This document shows, piece by piece, positions 8,302 through 18,473 of a stretch of 64,000 bases of DNA. The notes under the pieces are model-generated. The model worked only from the letters and a program-made list of their open reading frames with translations, ran no database searches and had not been told where the DNA came from. Each line of letters starts with the position of its first letter. Positions within the stretch are counted from its first letter, which is position 1. The translations under genes were made by a program, and so were the position numbers. Origin of the DNA: Minisyncoccota bacterium (GTDB lineage Bacteria > Patescibacteriota > Minisyncoccia > Minisyncoccales > JAGOPM01); assembly GCA_041651395.1 (NCBI GenBank), contig JBAZJI010000001.1, positions 251,920-315,919 of the forward strand, read 5' to 3'.

Positions 8302-9150
8302 TTAAATTAGATACGAGAGAGGGGCGGCCATGAGCTTAGAAGAGTTATGCAGGTAGCAGTGAGTGTCCCAGAAGCCGTGCTTGAGCGCCCAGTCGCGGAG
8401 TCCCTTGTCGTAGCCGGTTTCAAAACCATCAAAGTATTGGGCGCGCGGGTCTTCGCATTTTACGCCTAGTTCTTTTGGAGTGTAGCCCTCTTTTCTGGCG
8501 CCAAGTTCGGTAATTTTTTTGCACCAGAATTTGGCTTCGTCTGTATTCGATTTGTTGGATATAAGGAAGATGGCAATAGCTTTGTTGGTTGGCAGGGAAT
8601 GTTTTTGGAAGGCGTCTTGTGTTTTTTCTAAAAGACGGTAGAAAATCCGATTAAGGTATTGGCAATTTTGGTGATGGTAGCGGTTGCTTTTCGACTCCAT
8701 TCCAAAGTGGATGTTAGCAAAGTCCATAACGAAGCTGTGCTGCATTCCTTGGTCAATGGGGAGTTCGGAAAAGGGTAGAAGTGCCAGGACTTCCGGCTCA
8801 TTGGAGCGCTGATTTACAGCTTTGGCATAGAGATAATGCTGTGGAGCGATCTCGTCGAAGCGATAGGCTTTACCAGCCATGAAACCGATGAGGTTTGCTT
8901 CCTTTCCAGGAACATCAAAAAATTGGTCTTGGCTGTAGGCGACAGAAAAGTTTCCACCGCGATTGATTGGTTTTCCATCAAACAATTTTTCTGAAATGAC
9001 ATCTTCAATGCTGTGGCTAAAGTTTTTTTCCATCAGATCATTGAATTCCTTTCGATCAAGGTTCGAATATTGTCTATTTCCCAACTCGCGCAAAACATCG
9101 TTATTTGGCCAAACATCCACAAAAATGGGGTGTGACTCTTTGCAAAACAT
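8302..9150 (-). CDS. hypothetical protein
   Basis: The start is reassigned to the ATG at 9150 (MFCKESHPIF...), which is preceded by GAGAGGTAAAAAG. The longer track start lacks an RBS. I recognise no family. Confidence 0.5.
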   Translation of the reverse strand: MFCKESHPIFVDVWPNNDVLRELGNRQYSNLDRKEFNDLMEKNFSHSIEDVISEKLFDGKPINRGGNFSVAYSQDQFFDVPGKEANLIGFMAGKAYRFDEIAPQHYLYAKAVNQRSNEPEVLALLPFSELPIDQGMQHSFVMDFANIHFGMESKSNRYHHQNCQYLNRIFYRLLEKTQDAFQKHSLPTNKAIAIFLISNKSNTDEAKFWCKKITELGARKEGYTPKELGVKCEDPRAQYFDGFETGYDKGLRDWALKHGFWDTHCYLHNSSKLMAAPLSYLI

Positions 9151-9263
9151 CTTTTTACCTCTCAAATTCAATTGTTTAGTACTAAATATATCATACATTA
9201 TAAAGGTAGTTATGTCAACTAGACTAAATAAAAAAAAGACCGCCAATAGTAGGCGGATATTAA

Positions 9264-10505
9264 TTATTTGATAAGGGTAATGGTGCTTTCGCGGTCGGGG
9301 CCAACGCCAATGGTGTTGATTTGTTGATCAAGGTTTTTATTGATGTATTGAATATAACTCCAGAGTTCGAGTGGCAGATCGCCAGAATCTTTGCATCGGG
9401 AAACATCGGGCCAGGGTGGAAAATCATGATAAAGCGGCGCGACAAACGGAGTGTCAAATTCATCTTTGGCTATCGGATAAATATTGGGTCCGCCTCCAAT
9501 TATGGAAGAGGCGGCGTATTGATACCAATAGCAGGCTTGGACTTTGGGTGAAACAGCAGAAAGACAATCAGCTTTGGTCATATGCAAGTGAGTAACGCCA
9601 TCAATAAGTATGGCGCGTTTAAGGGCGACAAGATCCAGCCAGCCGATTCTTCTTTGTCGGCCAGTGGTGGTGCCAAATTCTGCCCCGGCTTGGCCAAATT
9701 CTCCCTGTAATGCTTTACGGTTAGGATTATTAGCTTCCAGCTCAGTCAAAAATGGACCACTGCCAACACGAGTGGAAAAAGCCTTAAAGACTCCATGCAC
9801 CTCATCGGCTCGCGGCAAACCGCAACCAGCTAAGAGCCCCGGAGTAGTAGTGTTGGAACTGGTCACAAAGGGGTAAGTGCCGTGATCAATGTCGAGCATG
9901 GCACCTTGGGCGCCTTCGAGCAAAATGTTTTTGCCCTCTTGCCAAGCTTGGTGCAGGATGCGCACTGTGTCTCGAAAAATTGATCTTTGTCGGAAAGTTT
10001 CAAAGGCGTGTCCGAAATCTGCCCGGAGTTTTTCCGGCAGGAAATCGAAATTTTTATCGTGGCAAAAGTCGGCGCAGCGCAAGCCATGTCGGCCGATTTT
10101 GTCCCGATAGCAGGGGCCAATTCCTCTTCCGGTAGTGCCGATGAATTTATTTTCCGCATCAGCCTCCATATCGATATGCTTGGGTAAAACCAGATGGGCG
10201 GCCTTAGAAACATAAAGACGGCTCAAAACATCAATGCCTTTGGTTTGTAAATCCTCTACTTCTTTGTAGAGAGCCAGTAGGTCAACAACTGCCCCATTGC
10301 CGATTATACAAACGGCTTTGGGATTCAAGATGGCGGAGGGGATTTGGTGGAAATGGTATTCCTTCCCATCGCGCCAAACGCTGTGCCCGGCATTGGCTCC
10401 GCCTTGGCAGCGCACGGCATAATCAGCCCAATCTCCCATGATGTCGGCTAGTTTTCCTTTGCCTTCATCTCCCCATTGCAAACCAACAATCGCTTTTACC
10501 GGCAT
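9264..10505 (-). CDS. purA: adenylosuccinate synthase
   Basis: It carries QWGDEGKGK and GTTGRGIGP motifs, is 413 aa long, and has the SD AAGGAGG upstream. Confidence 0.92.
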   Translation of the reverse strand: MPVKAIVGLQWGDEGKGKLADIMGDWADYAVRCQGGANAGHSVWRDGKEYHFHQIPSAILNPKAVCIIGNGAVVDLLALYKEVEDLQTKGIDVLSRLYVSKAAHLVLPKHIDMEADAENKFIGTTGRGIGPCYRDKIGRHGLRCADFCHDKNFDFLPEKLRADFGHAFETFRQRSIFRDTVRILHQAWQEGKNILLEGAQGAMLDIDHGTYPFVTSSNTTTPGLLAGCGLPRADEVHGVFKAFSTRVGSGPFLTELEANNPNRKALQGEFGQAGAEFGTTTGRQRRIGWLDLVALKRAILIDGVTHLHMTKADCLSAVSPKVQACYWYQYAASSIIGGGPNIYPIAKDEFDTPFVAPLYHDFPPWPDVSRCKDSGDLPLELWSYIQYINKNLDQQINTIGVGPDRESTITLIK

Positions 10506-10560
10506 TATTAACCTCCTTATTAAATGTTAAATTTTTCAAGTGCAATAAAGGTTAGCACAG

Positions 10561-10591
10561 AAAATAAAAAAGCCAAGCGCGGGGCTTGGCT
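10561..10591 (-). terminator. rho-independent terminator of the MATE gene
   Basis: The stem AGCCAAGC/GCTTGGCT has a T-run on the minus strand. Confidence 0.7.
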
Positions 10592-10598
10592 TGGATTA

Positions 10599-11948
10599 TC
10601 AAGCGGTTTTGGCTATGAGCTTATCGAAGCGTTTGAGTTCCCTTAACAGAATATATCCGACAATTATAACTCCAAAAATATCCGCCAAGGGGAAAGAATA
10701 CCAAATGCCATTTAAGCCCCAGAACTTCGATAAAACCACGATTAAGGGGATTAAGATAAATAACTGGCGGATTAGGGGCAGGATTGTGGCTTGCTTGGCT
10801 TTGCCCAAAGCTTGAAAAATACCTCCAGAAATCATTTGGATAGCGGTTAGCGGATTAGTAATAGAAAAAAGAATGAGGGCAAAGGCGGTCATTTCGATTA
10901 AGGCTTGGTCGGTCGTAAAAATAGCAAGGATATTTTTCGGAAAGGCAATAAGGAGCAAAGAAACAATAGTAATGAAGATCGTGCCCCATTTAAGCGTTAA
11001 GATCATGGATTCTTTGGCGCGCTTATAGAGCTTGGCGCCATAATTGTATCCCAAGATGGGCTGCATGCCCTGCATCAAGCCGGAAATCGGAATAGCGATA
11101 AACATAAAAATATTCATTAAGATGCCATAGGCGGCTATGGCCAAGTCGCCGCCATAAAAGGCCAACAAATGGTTTAGTATCGCGGCGCGACCGCTGTTGA
11201 CGAATTGGGCTGTAAAGGTGGAAAAACCAACCTTAAAAATATTTTTGCTTATTTGTGGATCAAGTCGGAAATGGGCTTCGGCTAGATTAATTTTTGTTTT
11301 AATGCGGGCAAAATAATAAATATTGGCGACAAAGAGCATAACGCCGGCCAATAGGGTTGCCAAAGCTGCACCCGTGACTCCCATTTTTAAGGGCACCATA
11401 AAATACCAATCAAGGAAGACATTGGTTAAAGAGGAAATAATAATCCAAGTCATGGTGTATTTGGCGCCGCCCTCGGAGCGGATTATGGCGTTGCTCGAAT
11501 CCCCAAACATAAAAAAGAGCGCGCCGGCAAAAATGATGCGCATATACTCCATGGAAAAGGGCAAGGTGCTGCTACTGGCTCCGAAGACCTGTAAAATCGG
11601 CTTCATAAAAACCAAGCTAACGGTGGTCACGAAAATTGCGCTCGCAAATACCAGGAGTAAGTAATTACCAAATGCCTTTTTTACGCCTTCGAGGTTTTTT
11701 TCTCCCAAGAAGCGCGAAATCATTGAAGCGGCGCCCAGGCCCAGCATATTAGAGAAAGAAGTCATTATCATATAGGCCGGGAAGGTTATAAAAACTCCAG
11801 CTAGGGCTGTGGTGCCACAGTTGCGCTCAATAAATATGGCATCGGTAATCATATAAAGGCTAAAAACCAGCGAGCCCATAATGGAAGGCAAAGCCAGTTT
11901 GAAGAGCAGTGATATTACATTGTCCTTACCTAATTTTTCAGAATCCAT
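10599..11948 (-). CDS. MATE family efflux transporter
   Basis: This 449-aa protein has about 12 hydrophobic helices. The N-terminal LLFKLALPSIMGSLVFSLYMITDAIFIER...TALAGV is typical of MATE/NorM-like proteins. Confidence 0.8.
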   Translation of the reverse strand: MDSEKLGKDNVISLLFKLALPSIMGSLVFSLYMITDAIFIERNCGTTALAGVFITFPAYMIMTSFSNMLGLGAASMISRFLGEKNLEGVKKAFGNYLLLVFASAIFVTTVSLVFMKPILQVFGASSSTLPFSMEYMRIIFAGALFFMFGDSSNAIIRSEGGAKYTMTWIIISSLTNVFLDWYFMVPLKMGVTGAALATLLAGVMLFVANIYYFARIKTKINLAEAHFRLDPQISKNIFKVGFSTFTAQFVNSGRAAILNHLLAFYGGDLAIAAYGILMNIFMFIAIPISGLMQGMQPILGYNYGAKLYKRAKESMILTLKWGTIFITIVSLLLIAFPKNILAIFTTDQALIEMTAFALILFSITNPLTAIQMISGGIFQALGKAKQATILPLIRQLFILIPLIVVLSKFWGLNGIWYSFPLADIFGVIIVGYILLRELKRFDKLIAKTA

Positions 11949-12017
11949 AACGTTTCAAATTGTAACACATTATTTTATTTTCGGGAATTTATACTTGGGT
12001 TTTTTGAGCCTAGCATC

Positions 12018-12049
12018 AAGCAAAAGAGCTGCCCAGCCGAGCAGCTCTT
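12018..12049 (-). terminator. rho-independent terminator
   Basis: The stem AAGAGCTGC/GCAGCTCTT is followed by TTTTG on the minus strand. Confidence 0.65.
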
Positions 12050-12061
12050 GAAGCGTGCGGG

Positions 12062-13387
12062 TTATTCGAATAATTTATCCGAGGAATAAAAATGGCCTTG
12101 GCTTAGCGCGTATATTTTCTTTTCTTTATTGCTGTAATATATTCTCGGGTTATCAAGCTCGCCGATGTCGTAGAAATTGATTTTATCCCGGTTGTCGATT
12201 TCGGCTATCCGGATTGTGTTGTTGGCTACTAGGGCCACATAGTCATTATTTAGCCAAATAGCCTGTTTGATATTTTCCGAAAATCTTTCCAAGAAAACCA
12301 GTTGATATTTTTTTCTTAAGGGTTGGTCGTTATCATCGGCCAAATAGAGAATGGAAAGTTCATGCGCGTTCCAGATAAGAACTTTTTTAGGGTCGGACGG
12401 GGAGAGTTCAAAGCCGGTGACGTCTGAAGAAATCTTTTTGAAGTTTTTTTCACTGCTATCCAAATAATATAGCTTACTGGAATCTCTTAAGATGAATTCC
12501 GAATAATATTCCACCATTTCCGCATTTTCCGGGGAAAAACTCAGCGGTTCCTGATTGTAAATTTTGGTGTCGCGCCCCGAGAAATCTGATTTGTGGACAT
12601 AGCCATCGTCTTCAATCCAGATAATGCCATCAATCATGAGCTTCCAAGGCCGGCTATTTTGCGCCACTGAATTGAATTTGTCGTGCGTAACGCTGGTAAA
12701 TTTGGAGAAAGCTTTAGTAAAATCCGTGGTAGTGGCTTCTTTGATATCGGCCATCGGATTGATAAACATGTAAGTTGTGGTCGCCCGGCTTTTTATGTGG
12801 CTCAAGATATTGCGGGACAGATAAGTGAAATCCGCTTTTTCAAAAGTGTATTTCTTGGAATTAAGCCAATTATGCAAAGGGACGGCGCTTTGGGTTTCCG
12901 AGTTAAACCAAACCAATCGCCACTGCTGGCCTTGAGATTCGATAAAATAAAGTTCGTGCGTATAGGGAGAAAAGAAAAAAGATTCAACAGTGCTAGAGGT
13001 TGTCGCTACGGACAGGGGGGAAAAATTTATCGTTTGGGGCAGAAGGAAAATATTTTTGGCCGTTGTCACTATCGTGCCTTGGACTTCGAGTTTTTTCTTC
13101 CAATTCCGGTAGCCATCCTTTTTAATTTCAATATTATATTCTTTGGGCAAGAATCCGGTCAAATAAACTTCGCCGGAGAGGAAGTTTGTTTTTTTGACGT
13201 CGCGCCCATTAATTGCCACCATCGCTTCTCGCGGGGAGGATTTGAAAAATAGCCCGCCCGTTTTTATCATTTTGCGCGCTTGCCAATCAAAAGCATATCC
13301 TTGGGTGTAAAGGATAACCATTGGGGTGACAATTAGAAATAAAGCTGTAAGAAAATACAGCAATAATCGGTTCTTTTTTGGTGCCAT
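12062..13387 (-). CDS. membrane-anchored PEGA-domain protein with beta-propeller-like C-terminal region
   Basis: It has an N-terminal TM (LLLYFLTALFLIVTPMVILY) and a PEGA-like segment (PREAMVAINGRDV...YNIEIKKDGYRNWKKKLEV). I prefer the ATG at 13387 to the TTG at 13423. Confidence 0.55.
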   Translation of the reverse strand: MAPKKNRLLLYFLTALFLIVTPMVILYTQGYAFDWQARKMIKTGGLFFKSSPREAMVAINGRDVKKTNFLSGEVYLTGFLPKEYNIEIKKDGYRNWKKKLEVQGTIVTTAKNIFLLPQTINFSPLSVATTSSTVESFFFSPYTHELYFIESQGQQWRLVWFNSETQSAVPLHNWLNSKKYTFEKADFTYLSRNILSHIKSRATTTYMFINPMADIKEATTTDFTKAFSKFTSVTHDKFNSVAQNSRPWKLMIDGIIWIEDDGYVHKSDFSGRDTKIYNQEPLSFSPENAEMVEYYSEFILRDSSKLYYLDSSEKNFKKISSDVTGFELSPSDPKKVLIWNAHELSILYLADDNDQPLRKKYQLVFLERFSENIKQAIWLNNDYVALVANNTIRIAEIDNRDKINFYDIGELDNPRIYYSNKEKKIYALSQGHFYSSDKLFE

Positions 13388-13447
13388 TATTAAGATAATA
13401 GCGCAAAAAACTTCACTTGCCAACCTTTCAATGCCTGCTATTATTAT

Positions 13448-14722
13448 ATGAACTATATGGCAGAAAAATTCATTATTAACGGGGAGCGAAAGCTCGAAGG
13501 CGCTATTGAGGTGCGGGGCTCAAAAAATGCGGCCTTTCCGATTATCATGGCTACTCTTTTGACTCAGGAGGACTGCATTATAGATAATATACCGCTAATT
13601 GAAGATATTCAGAGGATTTTTGATATTTTGAAAAGCATGGATGTGGAAGTTCAGTGGCTGGCAGAACGAAAAGTCAGGATAAATGCGAAAAATTTGGATT
13701 CCTCGAAAATCCGGGAAGATATCGTGCGTAAGCTCCGCGGTTCGATTTTGCTTTTTGGCGCGCTTTTGGCGCGCGAAGGGAAAGCTAAGTTGCCCCAACC
13801 GGGCGGTTGCGTTATTGGGGCTCGGCCTATATCTACCCATTTGGATGCTTTTGCTCAGTTAGGGGTAAAAATTTCTCCGCAACACAATAAATTTAAGATG
13901 GAAGTCGGCCCACGGCTTGGCGGGGAAGTTTTGCTCAATGAATTTTCCGTAACCGGCACATGCAATGTGATGATTTTTTCCGCCCTACAAGAAGAGGCGA
14001 CTATTATAAAATGTGCCGATCAGGACTACCAAGTCCAGGAATTGGCGGCAGTTTTGAAAAAAATGGGAGCAGGCATCAGGCTTTTGCCTATGCACATGAT
14101 TGAAATAAAGGGGGCTAAGAAATTAAAGGGGTTTACTGTCAAATTAATACCCGATCCCATCGAGGCCGGAACTTTTATTTTGATGGCGGCCGCCACCAAG
14201 AGCAAGGTTTTGGTTAAAAATGTTCCCTATCAATATTTGGAATACCCGCTGAAAAGGATTAGGGATTTTGGCATTGTTTGGGAGCGGCCAGCCAAGGATG
14301 AGATTTTGGTTTTGCCGGCCCATAATATTAAGATTGAAAAAGTCCAAGCCTTACCGTATCCTGGAATGCCCACTGACCTGCTTCCGCTTTTTGGTGTGCT
14401 TTCCACTCAGTTGCAGGGGCTCACACTTTTGCATGATCCGCTTTATGAAGGCCGGTTGAAATATTTGGAAGAGCTTAATAAGATGGGGGCCAATATTATT
14501 TTTGCCGACCCGCACCGGGCTATAGTTTCGGGTCCCACTCCCTTATACGGGGTGGAAATCAATTCGCCGGATTTGCGCGGAGGAGCTTCTCTAATCGTTG
14601 GCGCTCTTATTGCCAGCGGTAGTACAACTATTGGCAACATTTACCAAGTGGATCGCGGTTATGAAAAAATTGACGAGAGGTTAAGGGCTATCGGTGCGGA
14701 CATCCAACGCATTAATACTTGA
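13448..14722 (+). CDS. murA: UDP-N-acetylglucosamine 1-carboxyvinyltransferase
   Basis: It has the motif KLEGAIEVRGSKNAA and EPSP-synthase-like fold length. PGGCVIGARPI carries the active-site Cys. Confidence 0.9.
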   Translation: MNYMAEKFIINGERKLEGAIEVRGSKNAAFPIIMATLLTQEDCIIDNIPLIEDIQRIFDILKSMDVEVQWLAERKVRINAKNLDSSKIREDIVRKLRGSILLFGALLAREGKAKLPQPGGCVIGARPISTHLDAFAQLGVKISPQHNKFKMEVGPRLGGEVLLNEFSVTGTCNVMIFSALQEEATIIKCADQDYQVQELAAVLKKMGAGIRLLPMHMIEIKGAKKLKGFTVKLIPDPIEAGTFILMAAATKSKVLVKNVPYQYLEYPLKRIRDFGIVWERPAKDEILVLPAHNIKIEKVQALPYPGMPTDLLPLFGVLSTQLQGLTLLHDPLYEGRLKYLEELNKMGANIIFADPHRAIVSGPTPLYGVEINSPDLRGGASLIVGALIASGSTTIGNIYQVDRGYEKIDERLRAIGADIQRINT

Positions 14723-14811
14723 TGGAATTGAAGTTTGAATTTATAAGAAGTGAAGATGAAAAATATCAGGATTGGGAGTTCAATTACGAATTTCATATTC
14801 TGAATTAATCT

Positions 14812-15822
14812 ATGATGCTTGTCAGCAAAATAGGAATAGATCTAGGCACAGCTAATTCTTTGGTTTTTATTCCCAAAAAGGGGATTGTTTTGAATGAGCC
14901 TTCGGTGGTGGCAGTTTCTATGTCCGATAACCATATTTTGGCCGTGGGGCGGGAGGCTAAAGAAATGATCGGGCGCACTCCTGATACTATTAATGTTTAT
15001 CGGCCGCTTAAAGATGGCGTGATTGCGGATTTCCGTGTGACCCAAGCCATGATTCGTTATTTTATTACAAGAGTCATGGGCAATTTCCGCCCCTTTAAGC
15101 CCGAACTTTTAATTGCCGTACCGGCCGGGATTAATTCTACGGAAAAACGCGCCGTGTTGCAGGCCGGGATTTTGGCCGGAGCTAAATCCGTCTATTTGGC
15201 CAAGGAGCCGATTTTGGCCGCTATTGGCGCGGGTATTCCGATAAATTCTTGTGCCGGGCATATGATCGTGGATATGGGTGGCGGGACAACCGAGGTGGCG
15301 GTAATTTCTTTGGGAGGCATTGTGACTTTTGATTCTTTGCGCGTGGCCGGAGATAAGCTCAATTCTGCCATTGCCGATTATATCCGTAAAAAATATAATT
15401 TGGCCGTGGGTATGGAAACAGCCGAGAAGGTAAAGACCGAAATAGGTACAGCCATTCCCGATAAGAAGGAGCGGGAAATCGAAATCCGGGGCCGTGATTT
15501 GATTTTAGGTCTGCCGCGCAACATCCGTATCTCTTCCAATGAGGTTAGCGAAGCCATTGCTGACCGCTTGGAGGAAGTCATCCAAACCATTAAAAATGTT
15601 TTGCGCGATACTCCGCCGGAACTTTCGGCTGATATTATGGATAAAGGCATGTTTCTGTCCGGAGGCGGGGCCTTATTAACAAATTTGGACCAGTTAATCT
15701 CGCGCGAAACCGGTGTGCCTTGCTATGTGGCTAAAGACCCGCTCTCTTGCGTGGCCCGCGGCACGGGAATTATCCTAGAGAATTTGGAGGTTTATAAAAA
15801 ATCAATAATGGTAAAGTCATAA
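14812..15822 (+). CDS. mreB: rod-shape-determining actin homolog MreB (copy 1)
   Basis: It contains IGIDLGTANSLVF, DMGGGTTEVAVISLGG and SGGGALL motifs. Confidence 0.9.
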   Translation: MMLVSKIGIDLGTANSLVFIPKKGIVLNEPSVVAVSMSDNHILAVGREAKEMIGRTPDTINVYRPLKDGVIADFRVTQAMIRYFITRVMGNFRPFKPELLIAVPAGINSTEKRAVLQAGILAGAKSVYLAKEPILAAIGAGIPINSCAGHMIVDMGGGTTEVAVISLGGIVTFDSLRVAGDKLNSAIADYIRKKYNLAVGMETAEKVKTEIGTAIPDKKEREIEIRGRDLILGLPRNIRISSNEVSEAIADRLEEVIQTIKNVLRDTPPELSADIMDKGMFLSGGGALLTNLDQLISRETGVPCYVAKDPLSCVARGTGIILENLEVYKKSIMVKS

Positions 15823-15902
15823 AAAATATCTAATGACTAAATCCTGAAAAATTAGATATCAAGATTTAGAACTTGATTAGTTATTTGAGCTTAGTTATTT
15901 TT

Positions 15903-16730
15903 ATGGATTCTTATTCAAAACAATGGGAATTTTTGGCCAAAGCGGCCAGCGAAGAAAAGGTTTTTAACGCCTATCTTTTTTATGGCGGCGCGGCGGTTGA
16001 GGGTATCGCCTTAGATTTTGTCGAGGCGATAAATTCCCCCGATAAGGAAGCGCGGTTTATCCTGGAAAAAAAGTTCAAAAATTTACAGCCTAAGGCGCAA
16101 ACTTTGGGTAATATCCTTTTTGTGGAGCCGCTTTTAGAGGATTCCAAAGGTAATGAGAAAAAGGGTAATGAAATATCCATTGCGCAGGTGAGGGAGTTTT
16201 CGGCTTTTTGCTCGCTGACTTCCTTGAACAACGCCAGTAAAGCCGTTATCATAAGGCAAGCGCATTGCCTAAATACTGATGCGCAGGATGCTTTTTTGAA
16301 AATTTTGGAAGAACCACGGGGCAATGTTGTTTTTCTGTTGCTGACAGAACAGCCTGATAGGCTGCTGCCAACGGTTCTTTCGCGCTGCTGCAAAATATTT
16401 TTTCCGAACAATAATTTATTCGAGGTCGGGGAGGATAAGGCCAGCCTTTTTCAAGAAATCATTAAAGGTAATTTGGCTAAACGTTTTGCTTATGCGCAAA
16501 ATTTGTTGGCCGCGGAAGAAAAATCCGAGCAATATAACGGACTGAAAAGGGAATTAGGCGATTGGGTGGCGTTTTTGCGAGCCAGTCTGGTAAGTGAAAA
16601 ATATGCTTTGGGCTATAAACCCGAGCAAGCCGTCAAAGCCATTGAGGCGGCGCAGCGGGCCATTTATCTCTTGGAAAATACAAATGCAAATCAAAAATTA
16701 AATTTAGAAAATTTTTTAATCGAGTTATGA
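15903..16730 (+). CDS. holB: DNA polymerase III delta' subunit
   Basis: The segment AQDAFLKILEEPRGNVVFLLLTEQPDRLLPTVLSRC is typical of the family. I prefer the ATG at 15903 to the track's TTG. Confidence 0.75.
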   Translation: MDSYSKQWEFLAKAASEEKVFNAYLFYGGAAVEGIALDFVEAINSPDKEARFILEKKFKNLQPKAQTLGNILFVEPLLEDSKGNEKKGNEISIAQVREFSAFCSLTSLNNASKAVIIRQAHCLNTDAQDAFLKILEEPRGNVVFLLLTEQPDRLLPTVLSRCCKIFFPNNNLFEVGEDKASLFQEIIKGNLAKRFAYAQNLLAAEEKSEQYNGLKRELGDWVAFLRASLVSEKYALGYKPEQAVKAIEAAQRAIYLLENTNANQKLNLENFLIEL

Positions 16731-17284
16731 ATTATAAAGATATCTTCAAGAAGTATCAGCCGGAATTCGAAAAATCGGTAGCATTTTTTAAGTCAGAGCT
16801 GGCGAAAATCCGCGCCGGTTTGGCTTCCCCGAGCTTGGTTGATTCTTTGATTGTTGACTATATGGGTACAAAATTACCCATGAAGCAGATTGGTTCAATC
16901 TCTTGCCCGGAACCTCGCCAAATTTTGATCCAGCCATGGGATAAAAGTTGTTTGGAGTCTATTGAACGGGCTGTGCGCGACGCGGATCTCGGGCTTTCGC
17001 CAGTCGTGGATAAGGATTGCGTGCGCATCAATATGCCAGTAATGACTGAGGAATTCAGGCTGGAAATGAAAAAAAATATTTCTGAAAAAAAGGAGCAGTG
17101 TCGCCAAACCGTCAGGCGCTGGCGGGAAGAATGTTGGCGCGAGGTGGAAAGCAAATTCAAAGCCAAGGAAATAACCGAAGATGATAAATTCCGCGCCAAA
17201 GACGAGTTGCAAAAAATAGTAGACGACGCCAATAAAAAAATTGACGATATAGCTTCACAAAAAGAAAAAGAAATAATGGGTTGA
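16727..17284 (+). CDS. frr: ribosome recycling factor
   Basis: The 185-aa protein contains KIRAGLASPSLVDSLIVDYMGTKLPMKQIGSISCPEPRQILIQPWD. Confidence 0.9.
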   Translation: MNYKDIFKKYQPEFEKSVAFFKSELAKIRAGLASPSLVDSLIVDYMGTKLPMKQIGSISCPEPRQILIQPWDKSCLESIERAVRDADLGLSPVVDKDCVRINMPVMTEEFRLEMKKNISEKKEQCRQTVRRWREECWREVESKFKAKEITEDDKFRAKDELQKIVDDANKKIDDIASQKEKEIMG

Positions 17285-17288
17285 TATT

Positions 17289-18473
17289 ATGTGGATTTTT
17301 GATTTATTGATATTTATAGTTGGGATTAATCTCGTGGCTTTTGTGCATGAGTTCGGGCATTACTTTTTTACCCGCCGAGCCGGGGCCAGAGTAATAGAAT
17401 TCGGTTTCGGCTTCCCGCCGCGACTCTTTGGTTTTTATAAAGAAAACGGGAAATGGAATTTTGTTCGGGGCAACAAGAAGGTGGAGACGCAATCTACCAT
17501 CATTTCGGTTTGCCGTTTTCCGGTCGGGGCTTTTGTAAATATCAAATCCAGTCGGGAAGATGGCCAAGAATGGCAAGGGGACTCCGATGATTTTGATAAT
17601 AAGCCTATCGGTAAAAGATTTTTGGCTTTGTTGGGCGGAGTCTTGGCTAATTTTTTGCTGGCAGCCCTGATTTTTCAAATAATTTTTGCCGTTAATGGAT
17701 ATACTTTGGAGCAGACTTTTTTCGGTAATTTTAGTTTTCCATTTTATCAAACCGCCCATGGGGTAATGATCGGGCAAGTGGCGACTTCTTCGCCGGCTTT
17801 GAAGAGTGGTATCCGCGAAGAAGATATTGTCGTTTCAATCAATGGAGAAAAAGTTAAAGGGGCTGATAATTTCAAAGATTTTATTGATGCCAATAAGGGC
17901 AAGGAAATAGTTTTGGGTGTTAAAAAATATCCCGATGGCCAGTTACGGGAAGTAAAGGTTACGCCCAGGCTTAACCCACCGCCCGGGCAGGGGTCGCTAG
18001 GAGTTTCCTTTGGGAATTTTGCTAAGCTCGATTATTCGCAAAGCTTCCTTTCTAAAGCTTTTGCCGGCTTGGCGCATTCTTATAATATGTGCGCCCTACT
18101 GCTTTCCTCACTTGGCTACATTTTCCAAAGGGCTTTTGCTACGGGTAATCCGGCCATGATTGCCGGAGCGGTTGGCGGACCGGTGGCTATTTATGCTGCC
18201 ACTAAAATGTCCTTGGCGGCCGGTTTCATAACTTACTTGAATCTTATGGCGCTGGTTTCTTTGGCCTTGGCTGTTACCAACATTTTGCCTCTGCCGGCTT
18301 TAGATGGTGGCCGTTTAGTTTTTTTGCTCTATGAGCTTGTGACGGGCAAAAAAGCGCCGGTTAAAGTGGAGGCCACTATCAATGGCGTTGGTTTTATTTT
18401 AATGCTGATTTTGGCCGTGGCGATAATTTTCAAAGATCTTGCCCAATTCGGGAAAATAATATTTTCTCCATGA
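17289..18473 (+). CDS. rseP: site-2 (M50) RIP metalloprotease RseP-like with PDZ domain
   Basis: It has the HEFGHYF zinc motif, a PDZ-like GQVATSSPALKSGIREEDIVVSINGEKV, and a C-terminal NILPLPALDGG. Confidence 0.85.
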   Translation: MWIFDLLIFIVGINLVAFVHEFGHYFFTRRAGARVIEFGFGFPPRLFGFYKENGKWNFVRGNKKVETQSTIISVCRFPVGAFVNIKSSREDGQEWQGDSDDFDNKPIGKRFLALLGGVLANFLLAALIFQIIFAVNGYTLEQTFFGNFSFPFYQTAHGVMIGQVATSSPALKSGIREEDIVVSINGEKVKGADNFKDFIDANKGKEIVLGVKKYPDGQLREVKVTPRLNPPPGQGSLGVSFGNFAKLDYSQSFLSKAFAGLAHSYNMCALLLSSLGYIFQRAFATGNPAMIAGAVGGPVAIYAATKMSLAAGFITYLNLMALVSLALAVTNILPLPALDGGRLVFLLYELVTGKKAPVKVEATINGVGFILMLILAVAIIFKDLAQFGKIIFSP